Assembly (NCBI GenBank): GCA_964019425.1
Contig: OZ025789.1
Span: forward strand, 186,001 to 250,000
DNA length: 64,000 nt
Direction of reading: 5' to 3'
From: Flectonema sp. DT1601
Taxonomy: Eukaryota
The notes under the pieces were generated by a model. That model had not been told where the DNA came from. It ran no database searches and saw nothing but the letters and a program-made list of their open reading frames with translations. Shown here piece by piece: positions 15,001-19,723 of this stretch. Each line of letters begins with the position of its first letter. The first letter of the stretch is position 1. The position numbers and the translations under genes are program-made.

Positions 15001-18000
15001 AGCCCCGTGTACTGGCTCGGAACCGCTTGGCAATTCAACTCAGGACATCCGGTCGGCGAGTCGCAAGTGCGGAGCTTCGGCTGCTTCCACTCACAGTACT
15101 TGTCGGCGTTGCACTCGTCTTTGAATCCCCATGTTGCGCATGGGAAGTGCGTGCTGTCCACAGGTGGGATGAGAGACCTTCCAATCGGACTCGACGGGTC
15201 GCAGAAGACGTTCAGCAGTTGGCTCGGAATCTCATCGAGCTGCAGGTTCAAGAAATGCTCGTCCTTCGGGTCCGTAACCAGCGGCTTCAATCTCAGTTCC
15301 GCGTAGTCGTCTTGGTAGTTTTTGTCGGTAAACCTCCGCATAACCACACCAAATACCACCACTTTCTCCCGACGGAGGTCCTGCTGCGCCTTGTTGAGCA
15401 TCCCAGGGTAGGTCGGCTGCCAGTTCTGGTCGCATCCGAACGGACACTGGTCACACGAGTTCCCGAAGCTGCACGCGTCTCCATTGATGTCCGTCAGCCC
15501 TCCATCGGCGATGATCACTACAACCTGCTTCCTGCCTGGCGGCGAAACCAAGAATGTGTGGTCGGCCACGTCCTGGAGTGCGTCGTGGATGTAGGTCCAG
15601 TGACCCTGGTAGTTCGCCTCGTGCCAGTCGATATCCCCCATCAGCTCCTGCAGGTTACCAGACAGCAAACCGTCAGTGCACTGCCCGATCGCGCAATTCG
15701 TCGGGTGGTCTTCATCGGGGCGAGCGTTCGCCTTCGAGAACTGGATGAATGTGATACGGAAGGTTCCTCCCTTCACACTCGATTGGGCCCCCACCGTGTG
15801 GTCCTCCCCCGTCAACGGCAAGGTCTTCACCCAGTCACGAAGCATCTCGAGAAGAGCGGTGTATCCGTGGGCGTGGCGTCCGAACGGCCTCCACATCGAT
15901 CCCGAACCGTCGATTATGAAGGCGACATCCAGGTCCGGGCACTGAGCCAGCGAAGGGATCGCGCAGTGCGGGTTTTTCGGGTCCGTAGCAACCCACGTGC
16001 AGTCGGGGTCCTCGCTACACTTACACTCGTCCTTCGGGTTGTTGTACTTGTCGCACGTCTTCACAGCACAGTACGCAGGGTTCGCCTTCGTTTGCCACAT
16101 GCACTTGTCGTCGTTCAGGCACGCCGTGTTCGAGTATCCTCCGCACGGGGTTTGTGTGCACACCGGCGGAGTACCTGTCGTGTCCCAGTGACACGCCGTG
16201 TCCGCGTTACACGAAACGTCATCCGGATGCTTCACGCAAGGCCTCTCCACACATTTGTCCAGCGCCGTGTCCCATTCACACTTGCCGTCGGCATTGCAGG
16301 TCGGGGCACTCACGTACAGGCAGATCTTCTCCGCGCAGTACTCAATCAGCGTCGACGGAGGACCGGCTGGTGGAGGGGTCTGTACCGGAACCCACTCGCA
16401 TCCGTCTTCGGCATTGCAGGTTCCCTCCTTGGTGTGCAGACACTTTTTCGGATAGCACTTCGGGCTCTTGCTCGGGTCGTACTCGCACACGCTCAGGAAA
16501 CAGTAGTCTGGATCCCCAGCCGGCGGGCTACACGGCGCCCCCATCTGAACCGACACCGCTTCGCACGGCTGCTCGTCCTCGTGCACTCGGCAAGGGTTGT
16601 CGATGCACGTGTCCGTCGCCCACATCGCATCCCACAAGCAGTTGTCGTTAGCTTTGCAGTCCACCTGGCTCTTCCCAGTGCATCCCGGTTCCTCCCGCTT
16701 GCAGTTCCCGTTGTCCCACTTGCATCCTGGGTGGGCCTTGCAGTCAGTCTCTGAACACAAAGGGTAGCAATCTGACTGAGTGCACGACGGCGAGATCGAA
16801 GAATCCCACTTGCAGTCCAAGTCAGCCATACAATCCGTCTCGCTTCCCTTCGACGCGCATCCTAACTGCACCGTCACCGTATTGACAGCAATTCCCCTTC
16901 CAAAAACGCTTTTCGGATCGCAAATCTGGTCCAGCACCTGTTCCTTGAAGTGGTCGAGATCAACGTTGAGGAAGTGCTCATCCTGCGGGTCAGACACTAA
17001 CGGCTTCAGCTTCGCCTCCGCCCGAAGGTCCTGTCTCGTGTGTCCGGTCGCTTTCCTCACAACGATACCGAAAATCTGCGCATTGTATTTCGTTTTCAAG
17101 TCGTCCTCCGCCGCCCGTACGTCGCTGTCCTGATCGTGTAGAGCCCCATCAGTGATGATCATCACAATCTTCTTCCTCGTCGAACCGTCGCGTCCGAAAA
17201 TCGAATCCACCTCCCGCAACGCGGGTTCCAAGATCGTCTTCCCTTGACTCCATCTCCTGCAGAAAAAGTTCTCGTGGAAGGTCACGTCCTTGGAAAGGGC
17301 GGCGTAGTTTCCGGACAAAGGAGCTCCTCCTCCAGTCGTTCCCGAAACAGGCACCCAAGCCTTGCAGTTCACGAACCCGGCAGGCGGCGTGTCTTGCGCC
17401 GTCTGCGAATCCCCAGGCTTCCCGAACTGCACCATCGACGCGCGAATTCCGTACGTAGAGGTCGACGACGGTGCCAACTCCGCCGCGTGCAGGAAGTCCC
17501 TCATCTCCTCCATCATTCCGTAAAACCCGACCGCGTGTGACCCGAACCTCGCGCTCATCGAACCAGACCCGTCGAGCAGGAAGGCGATGTCCACAGGCGG
17601 ACACTGAACCTTCGGGTCCACACAGTGGGTGTTCGCTGAATCCCAAACACAGTCAGGTGACGCAGCCAAACAGTCGCACTTGTCGGCGATGTCGCTGCAC
17701 TCGCGCTTCTGGCACTGCGTCCCAGCCGCGTTGTTCGCGTTCCAGTAGCAAGGTCCGAGGCTGTCCGCGTTGCATGCGTCCCTCGCCTTGTGCGTCGTCG
17801 GACAGTACGCGTCCACACACTCCGCCGGCGATTTCGTCAGGTCCCAGTCACAGAGCAGGTTCGTTTCACAGCTTCCCTCGTTGTCGTACACGTGGCACCC
17901 GTCCTCCACGCACTCCGCAGGGTTCTTGCTGTCGTCCCACTTGCACGATCCCGCTGGCTGGTGGGCATCACACGCACCGATGTTGTTATACACATGGCAC

Positions 18001-19046
18001 CCGGCAATCAGTACCTGGGTTCCGAACACGTCATCCGGGTTCATGCACAGGTCTCCAACTCCTCCCCACTCGCAAACGAATCCCTCGATGCGGTCGTGTC
18101 CGTTCGGGTAGTCGTTCCACTTACCGCTGGCGTAGTAGTGTCCGTAGTCTTCTCCGGTGGTATCGCAAGTTCCCGGACACGGTCTCGAGTATTCGTTCGG
18201 TTCTCCAGATTGCCAGTTTGTGTACGCACCGTTCGCAACCACGAATCCAGATCCTCTTCCCCTTCCGATCAGCTGACCCTTCCCACAGTCTACCCCGCTG
18301 CACGGTGTCTTAGATCCGGGAAGCGGGTATCCGAGGTCGCACGCCGAACGCTGCGGTCCAGTCACCCCAAGGTTGTACGGTGGGCAACCCTCTGGTCCAG
18401 TCAGCCACCTCCATTCTCCCTCCTTCGCAACGTCACCGCTTCCGATCCATCCCTCCCCGTGAAGCTTCTCAGAGGCAACCCTTTCTTCCTGCGCGTCGGT
18501 GATGGTCACCAGGTAACCCACCAACCCGAGGATGTCCTGGCTCTCCAAAGCGCACTCCGCTTGTCCCTGGTCCCAGTGGCATTTTCCGGACCTCCCTTGG
18601 CTGTCCCGGCAGTTCCCCTTGGCGCTCGAGTAGTATTCGTAGAAGTGTCCGGTTACCGTCGAGTACATCGCATGTCCGAAGTTGTAAGTCACACGTCGGG
18701 AAGCCCCATTTCCCGATGATGTCCTAAACTGAATTGACGATAAGGCCGCCGCATATTCGGCGATCGTAGCTGACCCAGAGAGAGTCATGATACCAGTGCT
18801 CACATCAAAGTTAGCGCTGATTCCTCCAGTGCACGCGGTGCACGTCAAGGTGTCGGCTCCCCTAACGTATCCCTCCTCAATGTCCATCACAGCTCCAGAG
18901 ATCGAGGTGCTACAATCACATGTGGCAGATGTGAATGTAATTTGACTGCAATCGACATCAGGGAAAGGTGTCATTAGCACTCCCTGTTCATATTTCAATC
19001 CACTGCTCACTCCCAACAGTCCTAACAACGCAATGAGCTGCCTCAT
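3..19046 (-). CDS. Giant modular secreted/surface protein (>=6348 aa, 3'-partial): signal peptide, 3 C-type lectin modules, 8 VWA domains, EGF-like and Cys-rich repeats
   Basis: ATG at 19046 gives MRQLIALLGLLGVSSG (signal-peptide-like). The same frame reads ...CEADSDCAWD at the left edge. The ORF track lists no terminated minus-strand ORF in this frame over 19 kb, and manually translated segments stay in one frame. VWA motifs (CPxLDxxxxLDGSGSM...TDG...LKPxxSDP) lie at about 16950-17600, 15200-15945, 13270-13980, 11380-12105, 9810-10505, 8240-8900, 3350-4035 and 1760-2450. CTL motifs (GYLxTIT, GWxG, EPN, WND, CEWGG) lie at about 18060-18990, 4470-5375 and 330-1255. Confidence 0.93.
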   Translation of the reverse strand, partial: MRQLIALLGLLGVSSGLKYEQGVLMTPFPDVDCSQITFTSATCDCSTSISGAVMDIEEGYVRGADTLTCTACTGGISANFDVSTGIMTLSGSATIAEYAAALSSIQFRTSSGNGASRRVTYNFGHAMYSTVTGHFYEYYSSAKGNCRDSQGRSGKCHWDQGQAECALESQDILGLVGYLVTITDAQEERVASEKLHGEGWIGSGDVAKEGEWRWLTGPEGCPPYNLGVTGPQRSACDLGYPLPGSKTPCSGVDCGKGQLIGRGRGSGFVVANGAYTNWQSGEPNEYSRPCPGTCDTTGEDYGHYYASGKWNDYPNGHDRIEGFVCEWGGVGDLCMNPDDVFGTQVLIAGCHVYNNIGACDAHQPAGSCKWDDSKNPAECVEDGCHVYDNEGSCETNLLCDWDLTKSPAECVDAYCPTTHKARDACNADSLGPCYWNANNAAGTQCQKRECSDIADKCDCLAASPDCVWDSANTHCVDPKVQCPPVDIAFLLDGSGSMSARFGSHAVGFYGMMEEMRDFLHAAELAPSSTSTYGIRASMVQFGKPGDSQTAQDTPPAGFVNCKAWVPVSGTTGGGAPLSGNYAALSKDVTFHENFFCRRWSQGKTILEPALREVDSIFGRDGSTRKKIVMIITDGALHDQDSDVRAAEDDLKTKYNAQIFGIVVRKATGHTRQDLRAEAKLKPLVSDPQDEHFLNVDLDHFKEQVLDQICDPKSVFGRGIAVNTVTVQLGCASKGSETDCMADLDCKWDSSISPSCTQSDCYPLCSETDCKAHPGCKWDNGNCKREEPGCTGKSQVDCKANDNCLWDAMWATDTCIDNPCRVHEDEQPCEAVSVQMGAPCSPPAGDPDYCFLSVCEYDPSKSPKCYPKKCLHTKEGTCNAEDGCEWVPVQTPPPAGPPSTLIEYCAEKICLYVSAPTCNADGKCEWDTALDKCVERPCVKHPDDVSCNADTACHWDTTGTPPVCTQTPCGGYSNTACLNDDKCMWQTKANPAYCAVKTCDKYNNPKDECKCSEDPDCTWVATDPKNPHCAIPSLAQCPDLDVAFIIDGSGSMWRPFGRHAHGYTALLEMLRDWVKTLPLTGEDHTVGAQSSVKGGTFRITFIQFSKANARPDEDHPTNCAIGQCTDGLLSGNLQELMGDIDWHEANYQGHWTYIHDALQDVADHTFLVSPPGRKQVVVIIADGGLTDINGDACSFGNSCDQCPFGCDQNWQPTYPGMLNKAQQDLRREKVVVFGVVMRRFTDKNYQDDYAELRLKPLVTDPKDEHFLNLQLDEIPSQLLNVFCDPSSPIGRSLIPPVDSTHFPCATWGFKDECNADKYCEWKQPKLRTCDSPTGCPELNCQAVPSQYTGLFRCANCKLQRATVICGAGVVSAIDGTCGTTHCKDCCEKDCCDKDPACAWSGTPKECTRKVCEHTDKTNCEGDADSLCVWDDNTRDCSKKPCAAVFVREACLNKTECLWDTGVDPPVCLQVPTCDGKLQADCLADPQCVYNCSLPTECRDSRCQYTIPGTCGVDSNCEWKNGACSEKLCSYTAQQSCDAAGCENCKWNTKSNQCEVDKCKVHTNQNNCNQDPLCVWDGTTPCVTDYCPSFGNDIVGCDHDPRCHWNTTTAPASCQPTVCTVAHNANYPPASKVADSCESDPNCKKGTDSKGDYCETAKCSDFLKNCECTKQPNCYWDSTASPKCRDVHVSACPDLDVVFVLDGSGSMSGTFGNHPHGYFGMVEMLRDWMQTLPLTGEDHTVGNRSTVVGGTFRLAFVQFSRTDEYWVCRNNNQGCTQSRRCRDPVPRGTCTDGELSGKRSELDVDLDWHETNYMGSVTYMAKALEDAVHVFQGSPSHRQHVLIVITDGAMNPKEPQSSVEIPQIRQNLDAMDVITFGVVVRKSAAHTDADLDAEKTLKPITSDPHDDHFVNVPLDDMLEEVFKDFCDPAGRFGAAIQAHQNQGGGSTTPPATGASVPCSKWGVKLECRADQACDWQDQVPQKCAAADGCLNLNCLELSATQKASGFVCENCMLAGGSVTCTAGARNTANGMCVTTECEKHCLKPECDRATGCFWDQDKCQREVCEYPKQQDCVQDDLCDWNTTKVPAECDPKKCQHFAPGPCNADDKCKWDYSTGTCNPTVPDCTQTKDEQKCLADPSGLCDWDCVSDSCINKVCQFTDQGSCENSRDPECEWGDGANPLCHKKRCTGTIQAECLADTACNWDGAACAETKCYKHADEVTCSRDTDCDWDAVGCGLCVEKYCFDKHTGKDSCNTDQKGLCRWDDAANKCVDKLCSDYNKPALFDAKDMVCLCTEDPRCIVDRSVSPIVCVDQKYSSCPDLDVVVSFDASCSMDKTFGRHPSGFDALMEVMRDWVQKVPLTGEDSTKGISSDVKGGKLRVAFNSWDTGVRVAQCPTCSCNPKNGVTKGDGIPTLSIIPGTTPAVADTCGKLTGDRSQLLGDLDWYEGEALRCKTKVKEAEEWAGEIFKESPAHRQKVLLIITDGRIMDKDELGPAGRVLAAEGVKVFGILLRRRASATARDMANLVTLKEIVSNPKETHALSLQVDEALSIMDGFCDPNSPFGTYITQGSSTPQVTTCSQIGALVSCDAEKTCQWNSISLKCEDHPCFSHCNEKNCTTDPTNKCLWSATSECEKAVCKDFQNQPDCKSNKCQWDQAKDPACFEPECDATTEDACVNLGEKCMWDTSLRPPDCVKTPCYYNKTECVADPACTWDDVCADPVDQKCVPKRCTLDSHKNQAGCQADIYCVWSQQLSCEPAPCVNYPDEKCCDHDDSCHWDVSQAPAVCKQKYCPSTYPTTAHVDPCNGDGLCMWNSTTNECVDKVCNKMEECACKKDPDCFWSGVKCADKKYGECPVMDIILLLDGSGSMSKNFGRHPHGFYALVEILRDWVKTLPLTGEPAASPTPGGPLTGGVRLGFVQFSGKNRGQPWPWSPGSTNAIETSGNTGTGGHLSGLESEINDDLDWHENNYLGKGTMIQLGLEMVGDMFDRSHKVSSRKRILIIVTDGKIFDPDVLDSARQVLNQEQVQTFGIVLRRQSVHTPADTDAEKTLKPITSDPHDDHFQNLQIDEVASQVFADICDPNGVWGHLIVSSTNAPGQSGVHRPCDHYTGTHDCTQDAGCVWDTASTACADSPCTAHCDDPTCTADTVNLCAWNSTTGDCWKKTECAYTTIAECVKSPEKCVWDNVKDPKCQKEKCTPNTNIQDCLDDPDSCEWINVQGKDQCVEKKCQHPDKTTCETDPNCAWSADACNGTRSSCKEVLCKHTNAGECTADSRCSWDATGVVGSCKENLCAKYLDERCCDHKDACKWDITVTPPVCGDKKCPKIGVKDTCNNETDCMWDDAKRTCRDLDCSKYPTRCPCDKNSKCYWKPGAGLNGQGQCVAIEFGECPTLDIAVILDGSGSMASTFGSHPHGFYALVEMMRDWVGKLPLNGEDASVGLNSAANNGGVRVAFVQFSGKNYRRSEAKTASGARTTNGRLSGVLGELDADLDFHENNYYRKGTMIEKALVMVGDIFHGSPVDGRQRVLFIFTDGEIFDGQLLAPARAELDREGVQTFGIVVRKKDQHTPDDRNAEKTLKPITSNPHDEHFRNLMIDDIPDLIGSICDPNGPWGHLIVKDPPKPTTGVHHPCPDYVTETPCSQDAGCVWSDVGGLCVNSPCLMHCLEPDCRNDKGNNCTWNSQNATCSKAEDPTCPCKFVTNDPQYNEQQCNADARCTWESNKCIYDECKTKGVGCTAVGQSCSDPNKDPCSPDDYVCDCIPPTTIFPSGAQPSQLPANCRLDECVATCPTCANDTCTSVGQTCNDPNPTMTHHSDWTCTCPPPSTGKATAAAADCKIDECVVQQDTCKNQTCLDPNMNAASKGDWMCICPPPSNKTNVGGRADCKVDECTLHGDICANVGQRCVDPNFNQQGDWKCECLPPTNGTMTAGPAICLLDECEKDCPTCEKDVCKTATTGEQKCHDPDKTASSTGDWTCECIPPMTGLGHAAPAHCNIDECLKVCATCANDTCSSQNQTCHDPNHDATSLSDWVCKCPPPATDIAIAAAATPCEDDECHDPKNEKVCTAAGQVCVDDDKKTRGTWECVCVVPPAVAAVRGQQVPAHCEYPGECNTDDDAKKKCTDLGFVCDDPNPMVDGNWVCMCAPPAIGTNVTLGTPTDCLLDECVVTCPTCAQTDTSPTNVCSAEGQLCVDNKQSHTDLGDWTCECVPPQVGTPAVAAPAKCQLDECVAVCSTCAQTQQGGSHTCTSVGQTCEDPNKSVDSVSDWMCTCVDPGRGVATAKQADCVCDECRNNTICLVAGQTCFDSVKTCPPQKDFKCECPPPTSGVMTGAPVATCEVDECVENGATCRAVGQTCRDPNAAKLHDWECMCPPPSVGIAITQQAKCVLDECVQTCPTCAGSTCSDAGQECEDPKMTLQSTNDWLCKCPPPSSNVATGKPAKCEEDECDTNGFKCTVDCRAGSLDCQQTCFDPNTSVNSTDDWRCVCPPPSSDFSIAKAAECTNDPCKHDNEQTCLSDPEGCEWKDLPTPGCSRKPCLHDKQSDCAADPMCDWSSGSGAVGNLANQMTYEKDVAVKPFEGLTCQTPGSWKNGCSCTTTIGSNVLPGATVDIEDGYLSGKDTLTCVACKSLGLTAEWHAVSGMLTISTGTADELAKAVASIEFSTSADNSGKRRITWNYGHGFYSSHTGSFYHFYPKSTCAGGACTWSDAQEQCASDSNQILGLRGYLITITSEVEDEVARMKLEGQGWMGASDVGEEGTWSWVTGPEGAAGGCQYSSTSSSCNLASEKGLPFGSGTGGNFAPAVDPNTGRDMYGNWANNEPNDFRGPCPGSCVKDGEDFGHFLWPSGEWNDYPGDHQRIDGYICEWGGIGEMCADVSDATGVTDLVAGVCVEKACVNDTETDCKANPKCSWVGGNVEPCVVAPCVEIPNEKECDKDPVCHWDVTVSPSLCTEKICNKNKDPTTCNVKDDCVWDDGANRCVDKVCDPFERCDCKAEPKCFWDTSSGSGKCVENRYGQCPTLDVVLLLDGSGSMSQNFGRHPNGFYAMMEMIRDWVKTLPLTGESHQVGANSTAPNGGMRMGVIQFSGIPISGGTAVDKAAIKSPIGVGSFGSLTGKLTELQSDIDYHEANYLQAGTYINQGLGWAGDMFRASPAGRKRVLIIITDGAIKDDDKLASARATLNQESVEVFGVVLRRQATHSPVDTLAEEKLKPITSDPHDDHFENLMIDELPTTVLNGLCDPNSKWGALLLLSGAAAQNQSGVHKPCPQYVDQVLCTADAGCVFSSIGLECVDSPCVEHCNVTRCTADTLNDCYWNASVAGLEGCWKNPLCSYQDDVTCEKDQKCDWNQTKGDCEERICNQQTEAECDLDPNGCEWDGLQQMCVEKPCKHTNSSACHSDALCEWDGCDGVTDGAQCIKKRCAAAPGAPALTEQACNSDQHCEWKSNACGLKQCTVHSDERCCDKDSSCHWDVSLTPAQCSVKHCATMNQDKPACNTDPLCTFNDSSTECVDKVCKDLDRCDCLAETKCFWNSLAPTPFCTETKFGQCPTLDLVLLLDGSGSMAGPFGRHPHGFYGLMEMLRDWMKTLPLNGEKADVGLNSAANTGEVRVGLIQFSGKNRSGASNGRADAKGTPPGTGTETRLSGDFDELSADVDWHEANYYSRGTMIQKGLQMSADMFHQSPNDGRQRVLIIITDGRIFDPNALQHARSELDTEQVKVFGVVVRRSAQHTRDDADAEETLKPITSNPHDAHFQNLQIDEVPEKVLGDICDPNGVFGSLVLGQAAQQGSGGANPASGGVHQPCPQHLRQAGCLADPGCVWFDNSLSCGDSPCLHHCEEKNCTADAANGCMWANGTICVREPKTGCEIYTGKPEDCKKQKDCQVDKDGSTCVDKKCNRDNEQGCLADPDDCVWNNLNQECTETPCKETEEGPCVASQDGCVWQTTIPLNSTVSAYARGQPMVPFPTVSCTVSGKCSCSDTVKGAAVDVEEGYVKGKDVLACDQCAGLGFEAEWHDVPGVLYLKSTTAKTMAEYAAAIATVTFTTTSDAGSPRKITWNYGHGFLSSATGHYYHYFSKTECQNVDPTASECHWGQAQAECESADNMILGLRGYLITITSEEEDQVAKMKLEGQGWMGAADKNDEGRWGWVVGPEGLDGGCTYAADQSGCDLTSQVGLVIGSGSGGSFVAATDANTGKPMYTNWEAGEPNNYKGACPGSCATEGENYAHFRWPSGEWNDFPGDHQRIDGYICEWGGVGELCVDPKDASGRVEVTAGTCVEEKCKADRKDPCVADPYCEWKDNNNNTNSTGCVQKKCTEYMTEIQCDRIEDCHWNPSISPAMCVEKPCAKLRDEPTCEADSDCAWD

Positions 19047-19723
19047 CTTCAAATCTGAAGACAATATATTCCTACTGCGTGTGTCTTATATTGAGTTGTG
19101 AGGCTCTTCTGTTGATGTTTTATATGTGCGTATAATGAACTATATTTATTTATTTATTTATATTTCCGTATAATCTGGTAGGTGGGGAGGGAAAGTAAAG
19201 TGATTCTTGTTGTGGAACACGATTGCAAAATTAAATACCGCTGGAGGCCACGTGAACATAGTCGAGCATATCTGGAAATTAAATTAACGGCTTGCAGGTC
19301 CCCCTTTTAAACTAAACAGGATTTTCCGTGAGTAGCCTAATCCTCATCTGTAGAAAAATGATCGTCAACAACTTCTAAAGTGATGGAATATCATGTTAGT
19401 TATATCAAATCTGTTTTGGAAAGTAAGAATCATATTTGGTATCTCCAATCCCAATTTAACGAAAACTCTACCTCACAATAATACAATTCTCATACAACAA
19501 GAAAGAGTTGAAATCTAATTTTAAACAACAAGAAGAAGAGGGGGGGGAAAGCAACAACAACGACAACAGTAGTGAGAGGATTTGAGATTGTTGGCTTCCC
19601 CTTGACGTCATCTAACGAAACATTCCAACAGGGCCAGGCGATGCAACACCTGAGTTGTGCATAGGAGATTCAGTTCTGTTGTTGTTTTTGTTGTTTTGTA
19701 ATTTCGTTAAACAAAGATAAGAA

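Noticed and set aside
1..18719. Dozens of plus-strand and off-frame minus-strand ORFs (up to 575 aa)
   Set aside because: These are shadows of the GC-rich giant CDS; they are S/H/Q- or R-rich and contain no domains.
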